Made by a program: the position numbers and the translations under genes. DNA of 64,000 nucleotides. Source: Ascidiella aspersa (lineage: Eukaryota). The first letter of the stretch is position 1; every line of letters begins with the position of its first letter. The notes below the pieces were generated by a model. It ran no database searches. It was not told the DNA's origin and saw nothing but the letters and a program-made list of their open reading frames with translations. Where the stretch lies: assembly GCA_963924565.1 (NCBI GenBank), contig OZ004612.1, forward strand, positions 7,626,001-7,690,000. The letters run 5' to 3'. Below, piece after piece: positions 11,794 to 25,000 of the stretch.

Positions 11794-13559
11794 TATTGAA
11801 CCTTACTGGGACAAACAAATGACAGACATAGGTTTGCAGTTTTTAATTGCACTGTTTTGCCTGTACGGTTGAATGGTCAAACGGTAAAGCTTCCGGCTTA
11901 CATCAAGCAATTAACGGAAGTAAGAAAAACCTTTAATGGCTAATAGCAACTTGACAGAAGAATTTAAATTAAACTAGCATCATGTTTTAGTGAAACTCGG
12001 ACAGAATTTCTATGTTTTTTTAGCAAACAGAAGATAACTGGAAATAAGCCACGTCGACATGGCACCCAATCTGCATTTTTGCTTATGTTCCAATGCAAAC
12101 ATCTTTCTCCCTCCGTCATCTAAAATATTTTTTGCCAGCTTTAAACAATATAAAGGCGTTTCTTTGACTTTGTGTAAATCGATAAAATCTTTGTGATGTA
12201 TCTTTTGTATTGAAAGTAACACATTTCCAACCTTACCCCTCAAGGAACAAACAAAAGTCGAACAAAATATTTTTTTACTTTATTTCAGCTGCATATTAGG
12301 AGTTCCACCGAAAACATTATATACATGCATGTTATCCCAGTTATTACTCCAGTATCCATCCGCGGTGTTTTTTTTACTTGTTACGATTGTTAGCACGAGT
12401 TGTGTAGGCCTGGATTAGGCCAACCTTTAGTCTATATGTGTATTTAGTTTGCCTTGGTTAAAATACTGTAAGTAAACTTATGTTTTTTAATATTTTAGTA
12501 AAAAAATCTTACCATGATTTACACCCAAATCAAAAATAGTGTTAAATACAAAGAATATTGCCATCCTTACCTCTTAATGACGTTTCGTAATATATTCGCA
12601 AATAACGTCAAAACTTATATCAACAAGCCACAGGGAACACACATAGCCTATATTAGGTATGTGCACAGTCGTCACAGGCAACTTTATGAGTATACACCAG
12701 ACCTGCACAGCATACGGCCCACGACGTAATAACACTTTTCGGTTTACTACTTCTATTCTAAATAAGTTCGGATTCTAAGTAAGTTCGGGCGCTCACACTT
12801 AATGGCTGAAAAAAGGCGAATAGTTTAATTACGCGTATAAAATTGCAGTGACTGTAAGTGTATAATAATTTAGTGATAGGCCAAATTCGAGGTGCGCAAA
12901 CTCTTCAGCTCACAGACGCATTACAGATTCTGTACTTTGACAAAAAGTAGCATAAGATGCATTAAATTGTCGAGAATTTTTGCCACGCCAAAGAGTTTGC
13001 ACAAAACACAATAGGCGGATCCTGGAGGCAATCAGACAATGTGGCTATTGCTATTTAAGCATTACTTTTTAAACCTCTGTTCGTTAGTAATATGTTTTTG
13101 TCTGTTTTAAGAAAATCTATTTAGCTGAAAAGCGCTATGCACAATATGTCATGTCGCATCGCGTGACTCATCAACTCTAAAAAACGCAATTCCTGTTGAA
13201 TTAGACTGCGAATGCCAGCAATATGCAAATATATTTTATGTGCCAAATACGCCACGTATCCCTTTAAATTAAAAGACAAAACGCCAAATTTTCACGGTTC
13301 GCCCGATTAGACTAGATTTTAGCCTCATATAATGGCGTGCGAGTTGCTGGACACGCTACGCACGTTATTTCAAAATTAACTAAGAATAAAACAATGCCTA
13401 ATACCTAAATGGTAAATAGTTGCATTCATTTAAATAATAAATAATGGCGTCTAACTTGACATAAAACAAAACCCGCCATTGCATATATTGGAGGAAATCA
13501 AAATTCTATCAAATGTAACGAAAAAGTAATTTAGCACAGCTTGCAACAATAATCTAAAC

Positions 13560-13958
13560 CAGTGCTCTTCAACCGGTGTGCACGGTGCACCCTATAAGGG
13601 TCCACCAAAATATGCATGTGGTGCACCACAACGAAAAGGTATACAAGGGGGCATCACAAACTTTTAATGAAGCATTAATATTTAAGATTTTTAATGACAA
13701 AACAGTCGTTAAACAGTCTCTTTGCTATTTTGTTAAGTTTGTTTGAATGGTGTTTTAAGACATGCAATATAATATTCGCAAGCAGCCTGCAGCCATAAAC
13801 TCTCACCGACAGTGTGTAAAACTTCGGCAGTTCCGCTCGGTTTAATTGACATGATGATATTTTTTTGACCTCAGTTTACCTTTTAAGTAAACAGGGTGCA
13901 TGACTTCTCTAGATCAACCTTAAGGGTTCACCAAACCAAAAAAGGTTAAAGAGCACTA
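13560..13958. mobile_element. hAT-like MITE family 2 (399 bp) inserted at the stop codon of pseudogene C1
   Basis: TIRs CAGTGCTCTTCAACC / GGTTAAAGAGCACTA. Perfect 8-bp TSD ATCTAAAC at 13552-13559 and 13959-13966. Confidence 0.9.
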
Positions 13959-13960
13959 AT

Positions 13961-16900
13961 CTAAACTGCCGAGGTCGTGTTAGGGGAAGGAAAGTTGCCT
14001 TCTTTTGTCGATTGAGATCGCTCATCAGAAACAACGGGTTTAATGTTCATTCAAAACTTGGATAATTGTTCTCGGCAAAAACCCAAAGCCGTCGGTAAGG
14101 TATCGGAGTAAATTATTGGATTCAAAGCGCTGTTAATTGGCAACAGGATAACGGCGGAAAAGGCGTAAGCGAAGGAGGGCATGACCACTCCGCCCAAACT
14201 TAGAAAAGTCATAATGCAGATAGGCATCCAACAGCACATATCGGTTGCAATAAGGAAAGTGATCTTGCCTTGTATTGTAGCATTTCTAGCAGCAGAATCA
14301 GCCGCAGAACGAATGTCTGGTGTCTGTGCAGATCTTCGGTATATAATTACATATGCTACTAAAATATATAGCAAAGAAACGAAGCTAAACGTGATTGTCA
14401 CAGCGGAGTAAATGTTGAAACCTGACTCGTCACCTGACAAGCGATAAATCTTAGGTATACAGACGCCGTTAGCGCTGTAATAACCGTGAAAGCCTAAAAC
14501 ATCAGTGGTTTGATTAGGAAAGTGTTTCGATAGAAACTGAACCAATCCGCCCCAGTCCAGCGGTAAATTAGAAGTCGCATTTCCTGGCTGAAGTGCGTTT
14601 AAGCGCAATGCAAATTGCTTCAGTTCGTAAAGTTTCACCGTTCCTTGTTTGAAGTAAGGGCTTTTGGCAATCAGCATGTCTGTCACCATATACGTTGATA
14701 AATTATCGTTTAAAGGCATGAGAGCAATGAACAAAGCAACTGCCCAAATAGCTGCAAGATACCCAACAGCCACCCTAACTCTCAACTGGCGACTTTTGAA
14801 GGGCCACAGGACTCCATAAAGGCGATTAGACGTTAGAAGGATAAGGCTGAAGACGGATGCCTCGCTTGACAAAACTATGCTCACTCCCAGCGCACTGCAA
14901 GAAGAAATCGCTCGCCAAACCAATAGTTTCCCGAAAACTCAGCCGGACTTGGCGCCCAAGCCGAAAAGGCAACAGCCCATCAGCAAATCGGCAAAGGCGA
15001 GGTTGAGAACAAGAATGTTGTTAGTAACCGAAATAGACGATGCCTCCCGTTTTCGAGAATGGCAAAACGATTTGGACATGTCAAATAACTTTTGCAACCA
15101 AACAAAAAAACATTGCTTCATCGCTTACAGAACTTGAGTTCAGCGCCCAATTTCTTAAATGGCGAACAATTGCGACAAAATGTCTTGGACAAGACAAGGT
15201 ATTGAAACATTTACCAGAAGTCCACGGAACCCTTCCGGCGTCGCAGTAAAAGTGATCGCATTCGATTTCGTCCTCGCTTTTGCTGCATTCCTGAACACCG
15301 TTGCAAATCGACGAACCCACCAATCGTCGAACGGTACTCCAGGAAACCCCGGAAATTTCGGTTCATTTCCAAGCCCGTAGCTTTGTATGACTTGGCCCAC
15401 ACAAGAGGCATTACTATCTGACGAAAAGAACTGTATTCTAAGGACAATGTCGATTGGCTGCCTGTGCATGAAATTGCAGTGTGTTCGCTTGATATTCCAA
15501 GACTTCACTTCGATTTCCTCTATACTTGTTGGGTCTGAGTAACCTAGTCACAAACTGACCAGCTTTATCCCGACTTTGCGCTACAACTTCTAACCGCCTG
15601 AGCGGTAGAAAACGCTCACAAGACATGTTGTGTTGTGCTGTGAGCATTCGCTGAAAAGCGCAGTTATTCTGGATTTGGGAATGCAAAATAAATCACGAAG
15701 TCTAACGACATACGCAGGTTGAAATATCGAGGCTATTTTGCCTAGTTTTGATGAAGTCCTGTCGGGCAGTCAATCTCCCTTGTAGAAACATACAGCATTA
15801 AGTATAATGGTAGAATCCGCTACGCTACGTAAATCTTTGGGTGACATTTAACATCAGCTAGTATGAACACTAAGTTTTCTCTAAAACTGGGCAATTTATT
15901 TATTAGAGTAAGTTAATTTTGTTATTGTTTGAATCCCATTAAAGGCTTATTAGATATTAACATATATTATTTTTTTGTGTATTCATAATTCAAAACAATT
16001 TGTTTAGGCGTACTTCAATGTTTTAGTCTTAATATTGGTTTTAGATGCATTTAAATATTTTTAATAAAAATAACCCGTTAGAAAACAAACCTTACTTTTT
16101 TCATTGGAATGCTGTCGCAAATGCTGAGCCTTGTGTTACAGTTTGCCCGCGGAGAGCATTCGTCATCAAAATAAAGACATTCCACTTTTCCCTCGCATCT
16201 ATAGATAAAAAAATATTTTCATAGTAAAAATGACAGTTAAAAAAACTTAAAATGTGTCTCAGTATTTGTGCGACTTAAACTGGTATCCCGCTATTAGGAA
16301 TTTTGTTTGTTAGGATTAAAATTACCCGACACCGTTGTCGACAAACGCTCCTTCAGTGAACGAAGCCAATTTGAGGATGTCGGCCAACGTACGATGTAAG
16401 GGAGTAATCGGGTCACAAACGAAGGTCTTCGGACTTTTTGCAACGACAAGTTTTTGATCTTTAGCGCAATACAACTCGTCTGATTTGGATGTCGGGCAAT
16501 CTACCACGCCATGGCAAAACTTATTTCTCGCCAAACAGTTTGAATCGCACTTGAAATGCCCGACGCTACAGTTACGACACACAGCACCCTGCAGGTCCGT
16601 ATTGGAACACAGGTTCGAGCAGACCTCAGTGACAGTTGTATTACAACCATTCGAGCATAGGCACTCGTCGGAAAGGTCTGGACAGTCAATTATCCCATCA
16701 CACAGCTGTCTCTTGGCTACGATGGTCTTACCGTCCAAGCACAGAGAGCACAGAAACTCGCCTCTGTCATCGAAGCAAATATCAGATCCGTCGTCGCACC
16801 AAGGCAACTGATCGTGTAAGGTCCATTGAGGCACTGAGCAGTATTTCTTGCCTGTGGGCGAGTTTAAAACTAGTTTTTGGCACTTGAAGCCTGGCATCCA

Positions 16901-17609
16901 AGTAATGTCGTCGGTGCCATTCGGGCAGTCAGATAACGCGTCACAGGAATACTGCCAAGACAGGCAAGTGCTTGGCTGGTTCGGGCAGCGAAACATCTTC
17001 GAACCTTGCTCTTTGCAACTCTCGATCTTGTCGCTACAATCTCCACAGTTGTCGATTCCGTCGCATAAATATTCAAGAGGAATACATCGACGCGACGAGG
17101 CGCATAAAAACTGGTTTGCCGAACAGGTTGTTGGTTGCATATTCACCTTTTCATCGCTCTCGTCTGGCCAATCGCTTACTTTGTTCCCCATCCAAGTATC
17201 AGGAATGCATCTTCCGCTATCGAGGCAATGAAACTCGTCTCTGTTGCATGCAAGTTGCTCAAGCTCGTCGGAAGAGTCGCAACAATCCGAGTATCCGTCT
17301 CTTACCCTATAACGCAGCACGCATCTGCCGCTATCTTTGTAGCGAAACTCACTTGCGGTATTACAGGAGCTCAACGGTGCCACTTCGTCACTTGCTGTTC
17401 CCAGACAATCAGTGATGTTATCGCAGACCCACGCCCGCGGGATGCAGCGCGCCTTCTTTAAGCTACCTCCGACTGGAAGATGGCAGCGCACTTCCGAGCT
17501 CGTGCAGGATTCGAACCCGCGCTCCTTGTCTCTCGGATCGCTGTGGGACAAAGTGTCGCAATCCCTCTCTCCGTCCATCACCATCCACCTCGGAATGCTG
17601 CGGCGAGTC
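13961..17609 (-). pseudogene. Inverted, 5'-truncated LDLa-GPCR pseudogene C1
   Basis: Retains exon 4 (16326-17609, truncated), exon 5 (16096-16198), exon 6 (15215-15417, 10-nt insertion) and part of exon 8 (13961 to about 15063). Exons 1-3, exon 7 and TM1 are missing. +1 and -13 indels in ECL1. CGA>TGA at 14051-14053. Several Cys codons lost. Confidence 0.92.
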
Positions 17610-17642
17610 ACTATACGATATGTAACACTATACGATATGTAA
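17609..17642. repeat. 17-bp tandem repeat (2 copies) at the inversion breakpoint
   Basis: CACTATACGATATGTAA x2. Three copies at 41778-41828 and a single copy in the unrearranged type A upstream region (about 2049). Confidence 0.85.
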
Positions 17643-19089
17643 ACTTATCAGACAGTTTTAAACACAAGTGTAAAATGAGACGTTATAAACAGCCAAACTA
17701 AGGAAGCTTTCGATAAGTGCATATCAATCTAGGAGTGTGGAAGATATGAAAGAATTTATCTATTAAAAGAACAAAGGCAATCAGTACTTACACTGCACAC
17801 AGAAAATATTTAGTAAATTCACTCATAAACGAGCGCATTCGACTCCGAAATATACAGAACGACGCTTGCTATTTTTAACGATTTTTACGTGGCCTTACAT
17901 AGCTTACATCGGCCAGATGTTGGTGGTTAATCTTTTGTGACATACGATAAGTAAATCGACTTGAAATCAGGCTTACAACACACGAAATAAGAACACAGAA
18001 AATTCTGGACATTTATCAAAACGCGGCCAAGAGTATGTTGGCAGCTTAAATGATGCACCCAGCCAGCCGCTGCATGTTTGGCGTGACCGCTGCCTAATCC
18101 TAACAAAACTTTCCGCAACCACTACAACAGTGACAAATCCTGCGATGTCTCATTGCAAAGTATAACACATAAAGGATAATAATAAAACGCAAAGTGGCAT
18201 CTGTTTCGACTTTTACAACATCATAATATCTTACCTCCCAAGACGGAGGAATCTGAATGACGATAATTATGTTTTTTATTTCAACTCCTAAAATAGGTCA
18301 TTTAACTTAATCAAGACCATTTATCATGATCATTTTTTAACTCAAATCGATAGTTGGGGCTGGTCCACACAAACTCAAATATAAGTGAACGGCACAGTGC
18401 TTTATATTGGTTAATTGTTGTTTTAATATAAAGTCTGTTTAAAATTGTGTATTGTAGAACGACCGCGGTCTAATAGGACGTTTATGTCAAAATGCCATAA
18501 GCTACAGTGGTGTTGATTTTTTACTTATATTTATTTCCTTCTGCTTTGCACGGGCGACTTCACAAGACTTTACTTTCTTTCACGTTCAGTTTATTAGAAG
18601 GACTTTGAATCAATTTTCGGACTATATTATATTTCATGATACAGACTTAAGATGACGCCAGTACAAGGAAGTCTTGCGTCGGGCCAATCAAAGTACGAGA
18701 TGAAAAAAAAGGCCGTTGAATGACCCTTCCTTAACATTTCGGTAAACACCCATAGATACGTGCAATTGCGCTTGGTGCAGCTAACCACTAACGTCACATT
18801 TTCTATGCTTCAACGTGCAAATCGAAACCACAAGTTTATGTTTCCAAAGTTGCCAGCTTATATTCAAACTTAGCCATATAGTGAGTAGCTTTAAACGATT
18901 TAGTTTTTTATACCTTATGCCGCAGCAAATTACGAAGAATAGGTTTTCGTTCATGAGTTTAGTTCAATTAAATATGGTTTCCTGTTTCAGGGTAAATACC
19001 AAGGTTAAAATAAATAATAATAACACCAATCAAAGTACAAGAAAAAACGATCAATATTTTAGCTTTCAGCAACAGGCCTATTATACAAC

Positions 19090-22000
19090 ATGCTCGATTT
19101 TCTTTATCCAATTATCTGCTTCTTGGTAATCTCAACTAAATTCAAAACTGTTTTCGGTAAGTAGATTTTTGTTGGCCCCTGATTTGCTTTTGAGCTACTT
19201 AGTCTATTTAAGCCCAGCCAATATAACAACACCATAATTGCTGTCGTGTATAATAATTGGTTAATGTTAAAAATAAGTTTTAAAGTTTATACTTGTATGT
19301 TACAAAGTTCCAGTTGAGAGCCACGACTTGGCGATACGAATACGTGATTCCTCGTGTCGGACGGAGGATGGATTTTTCCTGTGCGACAATTTGCAGTGCG
19401 TGCAAAGACAGGATGTCCTCGACACCACAATCGACTGCGCAGATGGGAGTGACCAGCGCTCAAGTATGCCACATATTATTATCTTCGCAAGACTTGATAT
19501 ACAATAAGCAGTTTAGACTTTTGATTTTACCATTCCAACACAAGCCGAAAAGCTTTAAAAATAAATTATATATGTCCACCAGAAAAGAGTCCAGGATTTC
19601 GTTTAGGGGAGCCGGGAAATTTTTCAGGAATGACGTCACAAAGTTACATTTTGTGAGGCCCGCGAAATGCTTTAAATTTCGGCAAGAACTCGAATTATCT
19701 TCCACATTCCATCCTTTTTAACACCATTGTCCTGCGCTATTGCTAATTAACTGTCATTAAACCAAAATATCTTATTTAAACTTGGCCAGCTTGCCTGTTT
19801 AAAACTGAAAGATTTTGTCTAAGTAAGTTGTGTCATACATGCAACCTACTCACGTTTTGCAGCTGAGGCACAAACAACGTTTGAATATTTAAAATTTTGT
19901 CTTAACTGGGTCGATACACTGATCCTTTGAACACTTTTTTATGGTTTTAAAATCAAGAAAAAAACAACGATTATTGATGCCTTTGTTGCAAATTACTTTC
20001 GTTACATTTGCAACGTTTTCAGCTTAGTGCAGATACATTAAATAGGCCTATATTGATCATGTTAAAACGATTTTGTTTCTTAAGTTTGTTGTTGCGGCTC
20101 ACAGACGTAATCCAAATATGTCACAGGGTTCTCAGTAAGACTTGAGTTTGTCACCCTGTAATAGTGCTAATCCCTGGGTGTACTAAGAAATGAGAAAACA
20201 TAGCATTAGTTTTTAATAATGTTTAATTTTCAAACTTCCTTTGGGAAACCGTAGAGTAAAATGTGCCCTTAATGGGTTTGGATGCCTCATTTCAAATCAT
20301 GAAGTTGTGCGCATAGAAACGCATGGTCCGCTTTAACTAAAGGCAACGAATTTACCTTCCAGCAATAAATTGCACGGACGACGAATTCCCTTGCCGATCG
20401 ACCTTCCGTTGCGTTCCGAGGCAGTTTGCGGTGGACGGATGTATCCATAAAAGAAACGTGATACTCGGGTGCAGAGAAGATAAAGGTTAGATATGTCGCA
20501 TACGACATGAGCTTTTAAACATATTTTCTTGATTGGAGGTTTGCAATATTAGTTGCTTTCTCATGTTTTCTTTAAGTCGTGAGGGCAAGGCGTAGTGAAG
20601 AAAATGTTGAACTACGTTTTTACATGTCCGAAAGTCATAACTTTTGTGATATTGCCTTCATAACTTGGTGCCGCAGAATTCACTTGCCGCAAGACTCGCC
20701 GCTGCATCCCGAGGTGGATGGTGATGGACGGAGAGAGGGATTGCGACACTTTGTCCCACAACGATTCAAGTGACGAGGAGCGCGGGTTCGAATCCTGTAC
20801 GAGCTCGGAGGTGCGCTGCCATCTTCCAGTCGAAAGTAGCTTAAAGAAGGCGCGCTGCATCCCGCGGGCGTGGGTCCGCGATAACATACCCGATTGTCCA
20901 GGAACGGGAAGTGACGAAGTGGCGCCGTTGAGCTCCTGTAATAATGTAACTGAGTTTCGCTGCAAATATAGCGGTAGATGCGTGCTGCGGTATAGGGTAA
21001 GAGACGGATATTCGGATTGTGGCGACTCTTCCGACGAGCTTGAACAACTTGCATGCAACAGAGACGAGTTTCATTGCCTCGATAGCGGAAGATGCATTCC
21101 CGATACCTGGATTGGGAACAAAGTAAGCGACTGTCCAGACGAGAGCGATGAAAAGGTGAATATGCAACCAACAACTTGTTCGGCAAACCAGTTTTTATGC
21201 GCCTCGTCGCGTCGATGTATTCCTCTTGAATATTTATGCGACGGAATCGACAACTGTGGAGATTGTAGCGACGAGATCGAGAGTTGCAAAGAGAAAGGTT
21301 CGAAAATGTTTCGCTGCCCGAACCAACCAAGCACTTGCCTGTCTTGGCAGTATTCCTGCGACGCGTTAACTGACTGCCCGAATGGCGCCGACGACATCAC
21401 GTGGATGCCAGGCTTTAAGTGTCAAAAACTAGTTTTAAACTCGCCCACCGGCAAGAAGTACTGCTCAGTGCCTCAATGGGCCTTACACGATCAGTTGCCT
21501 TGGTGCGACGACGGATCTGATATTTGCTTCGATGACAGGGGCGAGTTTCTGTGCTCAATGTGCTTGGACGGCAAGACCATCATAGCCAAGAGGCAGTTGT
21601 GTGATGGGATAATTGACTGTCCAGACCTTTCCGACGAGTGCCTCTGCTCGAATGGTTTTAATACGACTGTCCTTTCTGAGGTCTGCTCAAACGTGTGTTA
21701 CAATACTGACCTACAGGGTGCTGCGTGTCGCAACTGCAGCGTTGGGCATTTCAAGTGCGATTCAAACTGCTTGGAAATAAATAAATTTTGCGATGGCGTG
21801 GTAGATTGCCCGACATCCAAATCAGACGAGTTGTATTGCGCTGAAAATCAAAAACTTGTCAATGCAAAAAGTTTGAAGAACTTCGTTTGTGACCCGATTA
21901 CTCCTTTACATCGTACGTTGGCTGACATTTTTCGATTCGCCTCTTTCGCTGAAGAAGCGTTTGTGGAGAACGCTGTCGGGTAAATTAACTTTTCACATTA

Positions 22001-25000
22001 AGATACCTAAACTGAGAATATAGTTTAAATTGTACACATAGTATAGGATAAACATCAAACTAAAAACAAAACTTTGTAGCCTGAACCTAAAGTCAGTTTA
22101 TTTCGATTTTATTATGATATATATGTTTCATTTCTTGACTCCAGTCAAGCCATTTTGCCCTAATGAAACAGTAAATCAATTTACTTAAGTTAAGTCATTG
22201 ACTTAAGTCATAACAACACTGATGGAAACACACAAAAAAATGTAAAACAAGGGAAGATTGCGTTAGTTGAAAGAAAACAAACGTAGCAGAAATGCGTCCA
22301 CATTTTCGGCTTTTTAAGTATTTGATTTTAGAAAGAATTTGTTTTTACCATTACTGTAGATGCGACGGAAAAGTGGAATGTCTTTATTTTGAAGACGAAT
22401 GCTCCCCTCGGGCAAATTGTAGCACAAGGCTCAAGGTTTGCGACAGCATTCCAATGAAAAAAGTTAGTATGTGAATACCCAAGTGTTCAATTTTGTTTTG
22501 TTAATTTACTGAGAATTATTTTTCCTGACAAGATACTGCATAGTAAACATACATTAAATTCAAAGTGAAAGACCGGTATATAATGAATATGCTGTTGCTG
22601 CAAAAAATATTTCGGCAAAAATATTTCTTAAAAAAACATGTGTATATATATATATATAAATAAATTGTATTGGAATACGTTTAATAAATTAAAATGAAAA
22701 ATTATTCTCGACGATAACTATCAGTTTTACCTGCTGCCAACTATCACATCAACTTTAAGTGAAATGTTAAATCAGGCGTTACAAATCTAACCCTGCTGCT
22801 ACGCTTTCTTTACCGCCAGATAGTAATTCCCACTTTATGGACGAAGTTGTACAACGCGACAGGCAAGGAAATGAACCGCATGTGTGGCGGTTTTCTGGAA
22901 TACGTGCTGGGATCTTCAATTTGCAACGGTGTTCAGGAATGTAGCGAAAAGGAAGACGAGATCGATTGCGATCGTTTCTACTGCGACGCGGGAAAAGTAC
23001 TGTGGATCTCAGGTAAAAACGCACAAATGCACACGACTTGTTATTCCTACAATTTTGTACACCGAGCGAAAATTTCCACATTTTGAGTATTTCAAACTCA
23101 AAGGAGAGAACTCTAATTGATTGAACTAATTTATTTATTATATGACAATTAATTTGTCTCATTTCTAAACAGTTTATTTCAAAGTGCCAAATGACGTGGG
23201 GTGCCTTTTCGTTTTTATCAATATTAATTAACCTAAACTAATGTTGAAAGTATAGGCTATTTGAGGTAGGCTACACTGAACAAACTTTTGGGTTTGCACA
23301 AAACGGATTGTAACAGACCGACATAAAATGAGAAACACAACACACACTAGATACAGATATTTAAATATTTATTTAGGATCAAGACCAAAGATTAGTATTC
23401 CTTGGTTGGAACGTTGCAACGGAGAGTTCGATTGCAAGGACAAAACGGACGAAATGAACTGCAACAAATCCACCCATTTCTATTGCAAAAACGGAGAACC
23501 TTTGTTTGTTGACCGCGAAAAGGTACGAGCATTATAACGAACGGCCATGTATGTTGGTGGCATTGTGTTAACATTTTACAACGTTATAGATTATACCTTT
23601 AACTAGAACAAACAAATCTTAACTAGAACCGTCATCGCCTTTTTAACAATAAAATAATCTATTTTACAAATGGCTGTTCATCGATATTTATAACTATACT
23701 AAATGCTGTGAGCCCTTTCAATAGGAAAGAACCAAGTCGCAGAGATAGCGTCACGAAATTACGTCATAACCATAACACCACAAAGTTACATCAAAATATA
23801 ACGCAATAAAAATGTAACCTTAAGTGCTGCGCATAGTTCGTTTAAGTTTTAGGTTGGAGAGGTGTTAGAGCAAAAGCTACATTGCATATAGTTGCACAAC
23901 CTAAAAGACCTCAGAGTCGCCATAATTAAAAAAATATTTACACTCTTATGCATCATTAAACTCGCCCTTTAACAACACGTTATAAAAGATAAATGCATTT
24001 AACGCCAGACTTAATCGTGATTTTGGTTTCAAGGCGCATCAAGCTATTTAAATATATCCAACCAATAGATGCGCTGATACCTATGCTCCTGCTTGGTCAA
24101 ACCATATCAGCAAACCTGCGCCAATATGTGAATTGTTGGACCGTATAACTTTCATCGCCTTTTACCCTATGCGTTTGCGCCTTTAATTTGTTTGTTTTTC
24201 ACCGTTTTCTTCTTGCTCTGACCTGATAATGCACTGTTATGCAAAAGCTCGTTAACATTAAAATTCCAGTTTTTACATATAGATGTTATCAATATTTACA
24301 AGGGCGAAACAAACACCGTTATGCTAGAACAATGACAAACACAAACTCTGCTATAGTTGAAGTTTACATAATTTTATTAGGTCCTTGACGGGAAGATGGA
24401 TTGCACGGACTCATCCGACGAATGTCCGGAGGACTTTGCAGACAAGAGTGCTGTTTCCTCCAAAACCGAAATGATCAAGTCGCCTGTCCTCCGCGGATTC
24501 GTTTGGCTTATGGCTATTTTGGCTTTCTTCGGAAATGGCGCCGTAATCTTCAAGACAACCAGATTCATTCGCCAATCTCGAAAACGGGAGGCATCGTCTG
24601 TTTCGATTATTAACAACATCTTTGTTCTTAATCTCGCCTTTGCCGATTTGCTGATGGGCTGTTGCCTTTTCGGCTTGGGCGCCAAGTCGGCTGAGTTTTC
24701 GGGAAACTATTGCTTGGAAGACTTGGTCTGGCGAGCGAGTTCTTCCTGCAGTGCGCTGGGAGTGAGCATAGTTTTGTCAAGCGAGGCATCCGTCTTCACA
24801 CTTATCCTTCTCACGTCTTATCGCCTCTATGGAGTCCTGTGGCCCTTTAAAAGCCGTCAGTTGAGAGTTAGGGTGGCTGCTGGGTGTCTTGCAGCCATTT
24901 GGGCAGCTGCTTTGTTCATTGCTCTCATGCCCTTGAGCGATATTTTATCAACGTATATGGTGACAGACATGCTGATTGCCAAAAGCCCTTACTTCAAAAA

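Noticed and set aside
15430-15790. Relic coding exon in the GC-richer part of C intron 5
   Set aside because: Only weak hints (IDCP, CIPK), with stops in all plausible frames. It cannot be distinguished from an old insertion without a database search.
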